DNA from: Bacteroidales bacterium | GTDB taxonomy: Bacteria > Bacteroidota > Bacteroidia > Bacteroidales > JAADJA01 | Assembly: GCA_047920975.1 (NCBI GenBank) | Contig: JBLRXC010000003.1 | Location: 1 to 61,725, forward strand | Direction of reading: 5' to 3' | Length of the DNA stretch: 61,725 bases | Part shown: positions 1-9,950 of the stretch, piece by piece | How positions within the stretch are numbered: the stretch's first letter is position 1 | How the letters are laid out: the number at the start of each line of letters is the position of its first letter | Program-made: the position numbers and the translations under genes | Notes under the pieces: generated by a model | The model's input: the letters and a program-made list of their open reading frames with translations, nothing else | Databases searched by the model: none | What the model was told of the DNA's origin: nothing

Positions 1-1766
1 TCACTTTTATAAACCAGGTTGTCAACAAGATACCCTATCGGATTGTATAACCTGACCAGTTCGCCTGCACTACTCAGTCCAAAATCCATATTTCCGGTTA
101 TTGGGGATGCCAGCGGAAAAAACTCCCGGAAGGCTGATGTATCACGACACAACACAAGGTAACCGTGGGGATCAATGATGTCTTCTTCGGAGAAGGTGAA
201 CCGGTGGGCATTGTTATCATCCATAAAATACCAATTGAAGAGACTAACCGATGTATCGTTGGGATTGTAGAATTCAATCCAGTCTCCGGTATTGAAATCG
301 GGAGATGATTTGTAATTGATCTCATTGATCACGATGAATGGGATACCTGAACTGACAAAAAATGTATTGTAAGTGTCAAAACCCGGCAGGGTACCATGAA
401 TGTTATTTGTCACTTCAACCTTCCAATAATACTTCCCCTCTTCTTCAAGGCCATCGATTTGGTAAAAATTAGTGGTCAGACCTGTGACAATATGGGCCGT
501 GGAATCAGTTAAATCCCTGTCTTTCCCGTAATAGAGATGGTAGTACAAGTTTAAATTGTTTGGGTCAGATGAGGTGTCCCATGTCAGTAAAACCGGCTCC
601 CCGGATTTAAAATACCCGATTTTCCTGTGTAGCTTAAAGTTCCTGGGGTATTTTTGAAACTGATAATTGAGATGATTGATACGGGTGGTGATAAAATCCC
701 GGTTCGACTCTATATATTGATCCCAGGTCTCTATATCTTCAATTTGGTCAGTAGTATCAAGAGGTATATAAGGAAGCAGCACATCATATAGGCTGTCAAT
801 CACGGGAAAGAGTGAACCGGCGTTGAAGAGGTCACTGGATAGCTGGGATACTTTTACCTGAATATTACCAAAAACCAGGTCATTGATCAGTGACCTTTCA
901 AGTAGCGGATTATCAGGAGTCCAGAAACCTGAACTCCTGTGAAACGGATACCATTTAGAGTATGCTGCAAGTGTCAGATCGAGATCCCAGGGAATGATTT
1001 CCCACTTGCCCTGATTTCCCGTATTATTAAAAAGATAATAGTTATGATAGTAAGTACTGCCGTTCGCGATGAGCATGTTCAATGCAATAAGGGTTGTCAA
1101 CCTTTCATAATCAAAAGTATTATCCAGAAATTCAGGATAGTTTTCATTTTCAGAATGATTAAGCATTTGAATGAGATGAGCCAGATCGTCTCTGCCGGGG
1201 ATGGCGTCAACCACTTTTTTCCAGTGATAGTAAATATTGTCGTAAATACTTAAGCATGCACCATCCAACTGCGCTTTGTAGAGGTTTCCATCATCAGGAA
1301 ATCCGTTGTTTTTCAGAAACAAATCATCCACCTCCTCGGTCATCAGATAAATACCAAAAAAACTGCCGTTGAGGTACAGGACAACATGCTCCATCGCAGG
1401 ACAGGCAATACCTGCACTTCTGAAACAGAATGAGCTTAAAAATGATCGCATGTAGCTGATGTCACGATATTCAGCATTGAAATTAAGCACTTGTTCTCCT
1501 GTAGTAAAAGGAATTGAGTCAAATTTTATTTCCAGGGATTTTTTAGGATATTCCTTCGAGCCATCTCCCCGGATGCGCAGGCTGATATTTGTCCAGGAAT
1601 TCGAATCGTAAGTCAGTTGGGCATCGATCACGATGTTCTGATCATAATTTTCATACATCTCATTGAACTCTTCCTGATCACAATCTATATAAAAAGTCTT
1701 CATATTCTGACCCAGGATTTGGATCTGAAGGAGTATCAGCACGTATGTTATGAGTAATGCTTTCAT
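1..1766 (-). CDS. CotH family protein with lamin-tail (LTD) domain, secreted; partial (3' end runs off the window)
   Basis: Absent from the ORF track because it has no stop in the window. Manual minus-strand translation from the ATG at 1766 gives MKALLITYVLILLQIQILGQN (signal-like) and stays open to base 2. CotH-like block GSTYYHNYYLFNNTGNQGKWEIIPWDL lies at ~985-1070. LTD-like block VINEINYKSSPDFNTGDWIEFYNPND lies at ~250-330. The start is 7 nt downstream of the stop of the 1773..3554 gene. Confidence 0.7.
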   Translation of the reverse strand, partial: MKALLITYVLILLQIQILGQNMKTFYIDCDQEEFNEMYENYDQNIVIDAQLTYDSNSWTNISLRIRGDGSKEYPKKSLEIKFDSIPFTTGEQVLNFNAEYRDISYMRSFLSSFCFRSAGIACPAMEHVVLYLNGSFFGIYLMTEEVDDLFLKNNGFPDDGNLYKAQLDGACLSIYDNIYYHWKKVVDAIPGRDDLAHLIQMLNHSENENYPEFLDNTFDYERLTTLIALNMLIANGSTYYHNYYLFNNTGNQGKWEIIPWDLDLTLAAYSKWYPFHRSSGFWTPDNPLLERSLINDLVFGNIQVKVSQLSSDLFNAGSLFPVIDSLYDVLLPYIPLDTTDQIEDIETWDQYIESNRDFITTRINHLNYQFQKYPRNFKLHRKIGYFKSGEPVLLTWDTSSDPNNLNLYYHLYYGKDRDLTDSTAHIVTGLTTNFYQIDGLEEEGKYYWKVEVTNNIHGTLPGFDTYNTFFVSSGIPFIVINEINYKSSPDFNTGDWIEFYNPNDTSVSLFNWYFMDDNNAHRFTFSEEDIIDPHGYLVLCRDTSAFREFFPLASPITGNMDFGLSSAGELVRLYNPIGYLVDNLVYKS

Positions 1767-1772
1767 GGCAGG

Positions 1773-3554
1773 TTAATGGATGATTGCTTTTTCCGTGATC
1801 GAAGTTCCATCAGACAGTAAAATGCTGAAATAGTACAATCCGGAAGGCAAGAAGCCCAGCGAGGAAAGAGATATTTCTGTTGTTTTTTCACCGGAAGCCA
1901 AATCTTGTGAATATAACTGCAAGCCATTAAAATAATATATCCGGACTCTGCAAATCTGATGATGTTTTGAAGCAATGGTCATTGAGCCATTGCTATTGGA
2001 TGGATTGGGGAAAATGATCACGTCATCTGCGACTCTTTCGTGAAATTCCCTCACTGTCAGGAGCGTTGACAGGAGCCCCATATCCATTCCGTCTGATCCC
2101 ATTCCTTTTCCGGGAGATTCGGGGAGCAGCAGGTAATTCCATGCAAAGAGAGGAACTGCAGCCATACACCCCGGATAATCATCATATTCAGGATCATTGG
2201 TCATGGAATAAGCCACTTCAATTGCTCCTGCAACAGGCCCCTGGGTCAAAATATCAAAATTGTGGATGTTGTTGTCATTTTCAAAAAAAATGGAATTGGA
2301 TGCCTGGATTTGTCCGTTGGAACCCCAGTCATATGAATCTCCGAATCTCAGTCCTACTCCATTTTCGATCAGCAGGCAATGGTTAACCATGACCTGGGGA
2401 GAACCATAACCTGCTTCAATACCTTGCCCGCAATTCCTGACAACCGTATTGAAAACCTGAACATAATTGAAACCTGAAGCGGCAATTCCTTCATTGTCGA
2501 AGCCCTGAATCCAGCAATTGTTGATGTGGAGTTTTGCACCCTGATGATCAATGCCATCATCTTTGCCGTTGATAAAAACACAATTCTGGATCAGGGAAGC
2601 ATCATCTTTCAGCGGATGAACATTGTAAAAATAAGAAGCATCGTTGTCGTCATCGGAAGGTATTCCGTCATTGACCGGAAAATCAATAAAATAAGTGCCG
2701 GTGATCTCCGCATAGCAGTAATGGTACTCTCCACCGGCATCACACCTTGAGAATAAACAGTTATCAATTTTGAACTGACTTTGGTAACCACCCAATGCTT
2801 TCCCCGGATTATCAATGATGAAAGTATTGGTCATGTAAAGCGAACTATGATCTGCCATGATGACCGGTTGGCTTTCGGAGTGCCCGAAAATATAATACTC
2901 ATCATTCCCCCCAAAAATAAAAAATGAATACATGATTTCTGACGCCAGTGTGTTGTTCTGAATAAACAGTCCGCCCCATTTTTTCTCAGGGTCAAATGAC
3001 CTGACCAGGATTGGTTCATCAGGGGTACCATCCATGGTCAGTTTTCCCCCTATAAAAATGTTTACATTCTCCTCGGGATAAATCCGGCAACCTTTTTGAA
3101 TTTCAAGTATCGCATTTTCAGTCACCGTGAGATCTTGTGTCACTTTGTAGATGGTATCGGCAAACAGTGTTAAATCAGATCCATACAGTCCACCAACTTC
3201 CTTTATGATAGCGTTATCCATCACAATGATCTCTTTTGCACCAAAAAAACCATCAACTGATAAATAGAAATGCTGACTGCATGAGATTTTTGTGGTCAGT
3301 GAACCGGTTCCCATATAAATCTGAATGGAATCATCCTCAACAGTTCCCTGAGAGAGTATCAGTTGAAAAGTCCCGTTTACAGAAGCGTTCAGCGACATAT
3401 CTTCATTCCGGATGCGAATGACTAAAGTGAGTATATCATTGGGCTCTACGACGGCTGGAGAAATTATTTCAGCCCAAAGGTTTTGCCCGCAGAGATCTTC
3501 ACCCTGTGTAAAAACACTGAAAGCCATGATAATCAGAATTTTGAATGCCTTCAT
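1773..3554 (-). CDS. secreted right-handed beta-helix repeat protein with T9SS C-terminal sorting domain
   Basis: 593-aa ORF with an N-terminal signal peptide (MKAFKILIIMAFSVFTQG). Pectate-lyase-like repeats (NGKDDGIDHQGAKLHINNCWIQGFDNEGIAA; NCGQGIEAG). The C-terminus FPNPSNSNGSMTIAS...GLYYFSILLSDG matches the T9SS type A CTD pattern. Confidence 0.7.
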   Translation of the reverse strand: MKAFKILIIMAFSVFTQGEDLCGQNLWAEIISPAVVEPNDILTLVIRIRNEDMSLNASVNGTFQLILSQGTVEDDSIQIYMGTGSLTTKISCSQHFYLSVDGFFGAKEIIVMDNAIIKEVGGLYGSDLTLFADTIYKVTQDLTVTENAILEIQKGCRIYPEENVNIFIGGKLTMDGTPDEPILVRSFDPEKKWGGLFIQNNTLASEIMYSFFIFGGNDEYYIFGHSESQPVIMADHSSLYMTNTFIIDNPGKALGGYQSQFKIDNCLFSRCDAGGEYHYCYAEITGTYFIDFPVNDGIPSDDDNDASYFYNVHPLKDDASLIQNCVFINGKDDGIDHQGAKLHINNCWIQGFDNEGIAASGFNYVQVFNTVVRNCGQGIEAGYGSPQVMVNHCLLIENGVGLRFGDSYDWGSNGQIQASNSIFFENDNNIHNFDILTQGPVAGAIEVAYSMTNDPEYDDYPGCMAAVPLFAWNYLLLPESPGKGMGSDGMDMGLLSTLLTVREFHERVADDVIIFPNPSNSNGSMTIASKHHQICRVRIYYFNGLQLYSQDLASGEKTTEISLSSLGFLPSGLYYFSILLSDGTSITEKAIIH

Positions 3555-3859
3555 TGAACAACCTGGAAATTAATCTGAGTCAAAGTTAAACAAAGATATT
3601 GATAAGAAAAAATATTGGTTTTCATTCACTCAGCTGATCATGTGCGCTTTGGATTACTTTTGATGAGGGTGTAGTTTTCTATTGCTTCGCAAAAATGCAA
3701 AATACGCTTATACGGTCTGCCTGATCTGTAAACTTCTTTGAAACTCCATGCATCAGAAAGTCAGAAGCTAAAACAGGCAGGGATATAATGGAACAAAAGT
3801 GATTTTTAAGGGAGTAGAAACCAAATTTTGAAGATCATAACGGATTGACATTAGTTCTT

Positions 3860-5002
3860 TTAGTTTTCAAGGATCTTTTTACAGATAAACGCTGCTACTT
3901 TACCGTCTCCAAAAACCGGAGGGAATGAGATCTCTTTTCCGGACATCAGTTCATGAAATGCTTTGATAATTCTGGATTTATTTGCATCGGTTATCACACC
4001 AGCACCGGCTTCGACTATTTCGACCCATTCTGTTTCCGGCCTGAGGATGATAACCGGTTTTTTAAAAAAGTAGCCCTCTTTCTGGACACCCCCTGAATCG
4101 GTCATCACCAAAACACAATGTTTCTCAAGGCTCAGCATATCGAAAAATGAAGCGGGAGGAATAATCTTTAACAAAGGATTGGAGGTGATTGCTTTGAAAG
4201 TTTTCTCGGTGAGATTTTGTTTCATGATCTTAGATGTCCTGGGATGCAGAGGTAATACAAAATGCAAACCAGAGGCTTCCGAAATTTCGAGTATAGCATC
4301 AAAAATAGCATTTAACCTGACCGGATTGTCGGTATTGTTATCACGGTGAATGGTTCCCAGGATAAACCCTCCTTTTTCCAGGTTGAGTTTCATCAGCATA
4401 TCAGATTTAATTTCAGCAATATCTGAATAAAAGAGGGTGTTGTCGTACATGATATCCCCGCAATGGAAAATTCCGGGGTTGTCAATGGTGAATGGCGGGG
4501 TTACATGTGGATTAAAGCCTTCCCTGATCAGGTTATTGATCCCGGTGCGGGTTGGTGAAAACAGAAGTGTTGAAGTGTGATCGCAAAAAATCCGGTTGAT
4601 CTCTTCGGGCATGGATTTGTTGAATGACCTGAGACCCGCCTCAATGTGGGCTACAGGTATGTGAATTTTTGAGGCTGCTACAGCTCCGGCCAGCGTTGAA
4701 TTGGTGTCCCCATATAGCACAACACAATCAGGATTTATTGCAACGAGTAGGGCTTCAATCTTTTCAATCATGGCGGCGGTTTGCTTTCCGTGACTTTGCG
4801 ATCCGACCCCAAGGTGATGATCCGGCTCCGGGATTCCCATTTCATCAAAAAAGACCTGTGACATATTGTCATCATAGTGCTGCCCTGTATGCACGATGGT
4901 CTCCCGGATTTTTCCGGCAAAAAGGCTCCGGATGGTTCTGCTCATCGCAGCAGCTTTGATAATCTGCGGCCTTGCCCCAATGATGGTTGTGATATGTTTC
5001 AT
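3860..5002 (-). CDS. wecB: UDP-N-acetylglucosamine 2-epimerase (non-hydrolysing)
   Basis: Motifs IIGARPQIIKAA, HIEAGLRSFN, MTDSGGVQKEG. I prefer the internal ATG at 5002 (MKHITTIIGARPQ), typical for the family, over the ORF-track start at 5038. Confidence 0.85.
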   Translation of the reverse strand: MKHITTIIGARPQIIKAAAMSRTIRSLFAGKIRETIVHTGQHYDDNMSQVFFDEMGIPEPDHHLGVGSQSHGKQTAAMIEKIEALLVAINPDCVVLYGDTNSTLAGAVAASKIHIPVAHIEAGLRSFNKSMPEEINRIFCDHTSTLLFSPTRTGINNLIREGFNPHVTPPFTIDNPGIFHCGDIMYDNTLFYSDIAEIKSDMLMKLNLEKGGFILGTIHRDNNTDNPVRLNAIFDAILEISEASGLHFVLPLHPRTSKIMKQNLTEKTFKAITSNPLLKIIPPASFFDMLSLEKHCVLVMTDSGGVQKEGYFFKKPVIILRPETEWVEIVEAGAGVITDANKSRIIKAFHELMSGKEISFPPVFGDGKVAAFICKKILEN

Positions 5003-5139
5003 TTGACTTTTCAAAGAAGTTCTTAACAATCGGTTCACGAAAGAATCATCAGCAACGTTTTTCTCCTTTAGCTACTGGCAGTCAGAGGTTTGGGTATTTA
5101 AAAATCAAACCCATACGTTCAGGCAATGAACAATCTGTG

Positions 5140-5838
5140 TCACAACGACCCTTCATCTGCAAAGCTATAATATTTTTCGTCGCCGATGATCAGATGGTCT
5201 AATACTGCAAGATCCAGTATTTCACCGGCTGCCTTCAGCTTACGTGTCAGCTTGATATCGGTATCCGAAGGTTGTACATTGCCTGAGGGATGATTATGGC
5301 AAAGTATGATATTGCAGGCATTGTGCTCAAGCGCCATTTTGAAAATTTTTTTAGGGTCGGCAACTGTTCCTGATACACCCCCCTCGCTCACCCGGAGACT
5401 CTGAATCACTTTATTGGCGCGGTTGAGTAGAAGAATATAAAAAGCCTCATAGGAATGATCAGACAGTATACTGCAGAAATATTCATAGGCATCCCGGCTG
5501 GAGGTTATCTTTTTACGCTCCAGTGCTTCTGACCCTCTCCTTCGTTTACCCAGCTCAAGGGCAGCAATGATGGAGACAGATTTGGCCTCCCCCATTCCTT
5601 TAAATTTCATCAAATCCTTCACACCCAGTTTTGAAAGTTCTACCAGGTTGTCATTGACCGATCGGAGGATACGTTTGGAGAGATCAACAGCCGATTCGCT
5701 GGCACTTCCTGATCCGATCAGTATAGCAATCAATTCGGCGTCGCTCAAACTCTGGCAGCCTTTCAGGAGGAGCTTTTCACGCGGGCGGTCTCCTTCTGCC
5801 CATTGGCGGATAGAGACATAATCTTTTGTGGGTTCCAT
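5140..5838 (-). CDS. radC: RadC-family JAB/MPN domain protein
   Basis: N-terminal HhH-like region (LSDAELIAILIGSG) and JAMM motif ILCHNHPSGNVQPSDTD. Confidence 0.85.
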   Translation of the reverse strand: MEPTKDYVSIRQWAEGDRPREKLLLKGCQSLSDAELIAILIGSGSASESAVDLSKRILRSVNDNLVELSKLGVKDLMKFKGMGEAKSVSIIAALELGKRRRGSEALERKKITSSRDAYEYFCSILSDHSYEAFYILLLNRANKVIQSLRVSEGGVSGTVADPKKIFKMALEHNACNIILCHNHPSGNVQPSDTDIKLTRKLKAAGEILDLAVLDHLIIGDEKYYSFADEGSL

Positions 5839-5881
5839 AGGTTGGTTTTGAATGTGTGGCTAAATTAAAAAAAATAATAAC

Positions 5882-5914
5882 AAAAAAAGGCCCCCGTCAT
5901 TTCGACGGAGGCCC
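5882..5914 (-). terminator. rho-independent terminator of rpsT
   Basis: On the minus strand, ~30 nt after the rpsT stop: GGCCTCCGTC-gaaat-GACGGGGGCC (10-bp stem, 1 mismatch) followed by TTTTTTTG. Confidence 0.7.
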
Positions 5915-5942
5915 AAACCCAAAAGCCATGAAAAAAAAACCT

Positions 5943-6194
5943 TTACAATGTATTAACCTGCTTCGAAAGTTTCGACTTCAGGTTAGAAGCTTTATTTTTA
6001 TGAATAATGCTTTTCTTTACCAGTTTGTCAATCAGGGAGGCAAGTTTTGGAAATTTTTCCTCTGCCTCTTTCTTATCACTCAGGCTTCTGAAGTCCCTGA
6101 GTGCATTGCGCATGGTACGGGCATAATAGCGATTGTGAACACGCTTGCTTTCATTTTGCCTGATTCGCTTTAATGCCGATTTATGATTTGCCAT
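5943..6194 (-). CDS. rpsT: 30S ribosomal protein S20
   Basis: MANHKSALKRIRQNESKRVHNRYYARTMRNA is a typical bS20 N-terminus; 83 aa, basic. Confidence 0.95.
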   Translation of the reverse strand: MANHKSALKRIRQNESKRVHNRYYARTMRNALRDFRSLSDKKEAEEKFPKLASLIDKLVKKSIIHKNKASNLKSKLSKQVNTL

Positions 6195-6356
6195 AAATGA
6201 TCCTCATTTTTTGAGTCTGCAAAAATAAATAAATTTAAGTTGTATCCAAATTTTTGAGAAAAATCTTTTTCAAAAGGTGTAATTAATTCCGGATCATGAG
6301 ATCATGTAAATTATTTGCGTAAGTTTGTTTGCGTTGAATTGGTTATTATATCAGCT

Positions 6357-9089
6357 ATGTCGGGGAGGTGGAAAATTTTTATCTGGGCGGTATTATCTGT
6401 AATTCTGCTTACTGTAGGTTACTTTGGATGGCGATATTACAGGTATTTTAGCCGGTTACCTGTGCACCCAATGCATGCGGTTACCGGCAACTCCCTCTTT
6501 TTTGCTGAATTTCCGGATGCCGGTTTGTCTCACCGGAAGTTGCTTGACACGCCTTTATGGAAAAGTCTGCTTGATATCAAGGCGTTAGCCCGGTTTTCTC
6601 AGCAGTTCAATACCATTGACTCGCTGTTGCGTGCATCTGAACATGGCATTTCAGCCACTATGCGCCCATCTATGGTGTCGGTCAATCTGGGCATAGACGG
6701 GTCTGTCGTTCCTGTGTATATCATGAGCCTGCCTCCGGGAGATCAGGAGAAACTGGTGAGCAGTTTTATACGGAGAGTCAACGGAATACAGAGCATTGTT
6801 ATGCAAACCGATTACCGGAATACTGTGATCAATATGGTTAATATCCCGTCGGTGGAGAAATTTTTTCATTACCTGGTCTACCGTGGACTTTTCATTGGTT
6901 CCTTTGATGAAGAGCAGCTTAAATTGACTGTTGATCATCTGTTAGGAGGAAGGGCAATATCAAAAGATACCGACTTTCAGAGAATCAGTCAGACCGCCGG
7001 AAAGAATGTTGATGCAAATATATACATCCGCTATAAAAATCTTGGTGTGCTGGCGGAGAGGTTTGCATCTTCAAAGTCACTAAGATTGATGAAAGAACTC
7101 AGGCGTTTTGGAAAACTCGGAGAAGTTGACCTGGTAATCCATGACTCAGGTTGGTTGTTTAATGGGTACAGTGTTGCTGAAAACCGGGGAGATCAGCTGC
7201 TTGATTGTTTTATGCAGGAGCCACAGACCATCCGGATACCTGCTGTTTTACCAGAAAACACAGCATTTTTGAGTCATTTTGGCGTCGGGAAGTTTGAAAA
7301 GTTTTTTGCTGATTTCCTGATGTTTCGTCACGACTCAACAGAATGCCTCGGAATCCTTGCTTTACTCAAAAGGAACTTCGATATTTCTCCTTATGATGAT
7401 CTGATCTCCTGGATTGGAAATGAATTCGCCATAGCCGGAATTGAATCGCCAACTGAGGAAACCGCCGACCTGGTGGTAGTTATCCATACCCTTGATGCAC
7501 TGAAGGCCAGGTTATCATTGGACGAAGTTGCAAAAAAGCTAAATGCCAGGCAAAACTTAAAACCCTTTTCAATCAGGCATGGTGATTATGTGATAGGCAA
7601 GATCAATTATCCCCCGCTTGCAGAGGTTCTGTTCGGACATCTTTATTCAGGCCTCAGGGAGAACTACTTCGTCCTGATCAAGGACTATGTGATCCTTGCC
7701 AATGATCCTGAGGTTTTGAAAAAGCTAACCGATCATTATTATATCAGCAAAACGCTTGAGGAAGACTATAACTACCGGATGTTTTCAAATAACATCGCGG
7801 ATAAATCGAATATATATATCTATGGTAAAATACCTTCCGCCATCATTGCAGGGTCAGGCCAATTGATCACAGGTCCATTTTACGACTGGATTGTTGACAA
7901 CGAGGCTATATTATCGGGGTTTGAAGGCATAGCCATACAGTTCAGCTTTGTCAATCAAATGTTTTATACCAATGGTTACTTAAAGTTTAACCCTGCCTTT
8001 CGTGAACCTTCTCCATTTGCATGGCGGTTTGACCTGGAGCAACAGGTGGTTGGAATACCTGTGCTACCGCGGAATCCTCAAACCGGAAAAAGAAATGTGC
8101 TGGTTTTTGATGCATTGAATAACCTCACACTCGCCGATCATCATGGACGGATTCAATGGACAATTCCGGTACCGGAACCGGTTGCAAGCAACGTGCACCT
8201 TATTGACTATTCCGGCAACGGAGAGACACAGTTCCTGTTCAATTCTGCCGGTTATATTCATCTGATAGCGATGAATGGTCATTATGTTGACGGTTTTCCC
8301 GTGAAACTGGTCAGAAATGCCACCAATGGTATATCCGTCTTTGATTACAACAATGACGGGGAATACCGGCTTGTGATCGGGCTGGACGACAACAGGACCT
8401 ATAATTTTGACAAATCAGGCAGAGAAGTAGTGGGTTTTACCAAAATTCAATCCCGGACAAAAGTTGTCAAACCGGTTCAACATCTTGTGGCAGATGGGAA
8501 AGACTATTTTTTCGTTACCGATGTGAACGGAGAGGTGATCATTACCAACCGCCGCGGAGAAGATCGGATCAGCCTTGAGAAGAGGCTGGAAAAAGCGGTA
8601 AACTCTGTATTTTACGTGAATCAGACCAATAACATGGGTTTGTTTCTGACCACTGACCAAAAAGGGAATCTGGTTTATCTTGATGCTTCAGGAAAAATTA
8701 ATCGTTCGGTTTTTAAAGATTTCAGCGCCGACCATTTTTTCCTGTATGAGGATTTTGATGGGGACGGGTATCACGATTTTGTTTTTATTGATGGGAAAGA
8801 CATCTCGGTATTCAACAGGTTTAAAAAAGTTTGCTTTAAATATGAACTACCTGAGAAGGTTGTCACCGAACCAGTCATTTTTACCACCGGAAAAGGCATT
8901 AAGTATCTTGGCGTTACATTACCTGGTATGCAGCAGATCATGATCTTTAACCACAAAAGGAGAGCTTTTGACCACATGACCTTAGCTGGCAACAGCTCAT
9001 TTTCTGCGGCAAGTCTGAACAATGACGACCAGATCAACCTGATCACAGGCCTGGGAAAGATGGTAATAAATTACCGGTTGGATCAATAG
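6357..9089 (+). CDS. membrane-anchored hypothetical protein with C-terminal FG-GAP/VCBS-like repeats
   Basis: The ORF track starts at a TTG (6315); I prefer the ATG at 6357 (MSGRWKIFIWAVLSVILLTVGYF, one TM helix). The C-terminal third carries Ca-binding-like repeats: DYSGNGETQFLF, FDYNNDGEYRLVIG, EDFDGDGYHDFVFIDG. I recognise no family for the N-terminal ~550 aa. Confidence 0.55.
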   Translation: MSGRWKIFIWAVLSVILLTVGYFGWRYYRYFSRLPVHPMHAVTGNSLFFAEFPDAGLSHRKLLDTPLWKSLLDIKALARFSQQFNTIDSLLRASEHGISATMRPSMVSVNLGIDGSVVPVYIMSLPPGDQEKLVSSFIRRVNGIQSIVMQTDYRNTVINMVNIPSVEKFFHYLVYRGLFIGSFDEEQLKLTVDHLLGGRAISKDTDFQRISQTAGKNVDANIYIRYKNLGVLAERFASSKSLRLMKELRRFGKLGEVDLVIHDSGWLFNGYSVAENRGDQLLDCFMQEPQTIRIPAVLPENTAFLSHFGVGKFEKFFADFLMFRHDSTECLGILALLKRNFDISPYDDLISWIGNEFAIAGIESPTEETADLVVVIHTLDALKARLSLDEVAKKLNARQNLKPFSIRHGDYVIGKINYPPLAEVLFGHLYSGLRENYFVLIKDYVILANDPEVLKKLTDHYYISKTLEEDYNYRMFSNNIADKSNIYIYGKIPSAIIAGSGQLITGPFYDWIVDNEAILSGFEGIAIQFSFVNQMFYTNGYLKFNPAFREPSPFAWRFDLEQQVVGIPVLPRNPQTGKRNVLVFDALNNLTLADHHGRIQWTIPVPEPVASNVHLIDYSGNGETQFLFNSAGYIHLIAMNGHYVDGFPVKLVRNATNGISVFDYNNDGEYRLVIGLDDNRTYNFDKSGREVVGFTKIQSRTKVVKPVQHLVADGKDYFFVTDVNGEVIITNRRGEDRISLEKRLEKAVNSVFYVNQTNNMGLFLTTDQKGNLVYLDASGKINRSVFKDFSADHFFLYEDFDGDGYHDFVFIDGKDISVFNRFKKVCFKYELPEKVVTEPVIFTTGKGIKYLGVTLPGMQQIMIFNHKRRAFDHMTLAGNSSFSAASLNNDDQINLITGLGKMVINYRLDQ

Positions 9090-9109
9090 CAGTCAACTAC
9101 TGCCCATAC

Positions 9110-9946
9110 CTAATCTCCCAAGTAAATGGTTGAAGCGTAAACTGTGGAGTAGGTTGTGAAATAGCCGTGTGCATGGGGAATATTGGTTCTTACATTGGCC
9201 GGTGGTCCGCTGAAAAGTGGGTTCCGGAATTGAAAGGTCTGATCCTGCAACTCAAGTACAAACCTGTAGTAATCTTCGGTGATGCAGCTCATTCTTAGCG
9301 TGACTTTGTCACCGGGTTTAACAGCCTCCCATGACTTCTCATTGTCCAGAATCCCCACCATCACCCCGTATGTATAATTGCCATTGAAATACCTGTCGTC
9401 GGAGATCCACTTTTTATTGAGGGTGTCTGTCATCAAAACATCATTCTTCATGACTTCAAACATGTAAAAATCAACGGTCGGCGGTTCCCAGGCATAAATC
9501 CTGACCTCAAAAACATCCCAGCTTTCATTGTAGTAAACCTGTATGGAATCTATAGTGCCAATGGGTCTGATTTCACTTTTTGCAGTAAAGTTTTTATAAC
9601 CGCCGATCTCTTCCTGAAGTTCTATATCAAGTTGGTAAGTTCTGCCCACTTCTCCGTAATAATCAGGGTTTGTTTCATATCTGCCGGCAATATCAGGATT
9701 CTCAGTGAGGGCAATTGTGAAGTCACCATTATTGATGCGAACAGAGGCCTGGCTTACAGGTGTTGGTTTTTGACCACTGTAATAATCTGAGGATCTGGTC
9801 AGACTGACCCAGTGAGTGGTTGTATCGGTATTCACATAACCCTCTACCACCAGCCGGTCGAATGTTGAGTCAAGCGGAATATCAATGTATTCAGTGCAAC
9901 CAATGATTGAGAGGGAGATGATTATAAAACAGAGATTCCGGAACAT
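9110..9946 (-). CDS. DUF4249-like lipoprotein (usual partner of CarboxypepD_reg-type TonB receptors)
   Basis: Internal ATG at 9946 gives MFRNLCFIIISLSIIGC, a lipobox. It sits 4 nt downstream of the TonB-dependent receptor gene, the usual receptor-DUF4249 arrangement in Bacteroidota. The family assignment is from memory of that arrangement, not a search. Confidence 0.55.
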   Translation of the reverse strand: MFRNLCFIIISLSIIGCTEYIDIPLDSTFDRLVVEGYVNTDTTTHWVSLTRSSDYYSGQKPTPVSQASVRINNGDFTIALTENPDIAGRYETNPDYYGEVGRTYQLDIELQEEIGGYKNFTAKSEIRPIGTIDSIQVYYNESWDVFEVRIYAWEPPTVDFYMFEVMKNDVLMTDTLNKKWISDDRYFNGNYTYGVMVGILDNEKSWEAVKPGDKVTLRMSCITEDYYRFVLELQDQTFQFRNPLFSGPPANVRTNIPHAHGYFTTYSTVYASTIYLGD

Positions 9947-9950
9947 GGTA

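Noticed and set aside
939-1253. 104-aa plus-strand ORF; also the 98-325 minus-strand ORF in another frame.
   Set aside because: Both lie inside the CotH-LTD coding region, whose minus-strand frame I verified by hand and which contains family motifs. These are shadow ORFs.
3555-3859. 305-nt spacer between wecB and the beta-helix gene, examined for an ncRNA or riboswitch.
   Set aside because: I saw no conserved-looking structure, palindromes or known riboswitch cores by eye. It is most simply the promoter/5'-UTR region of the T9SS-cargo operon.
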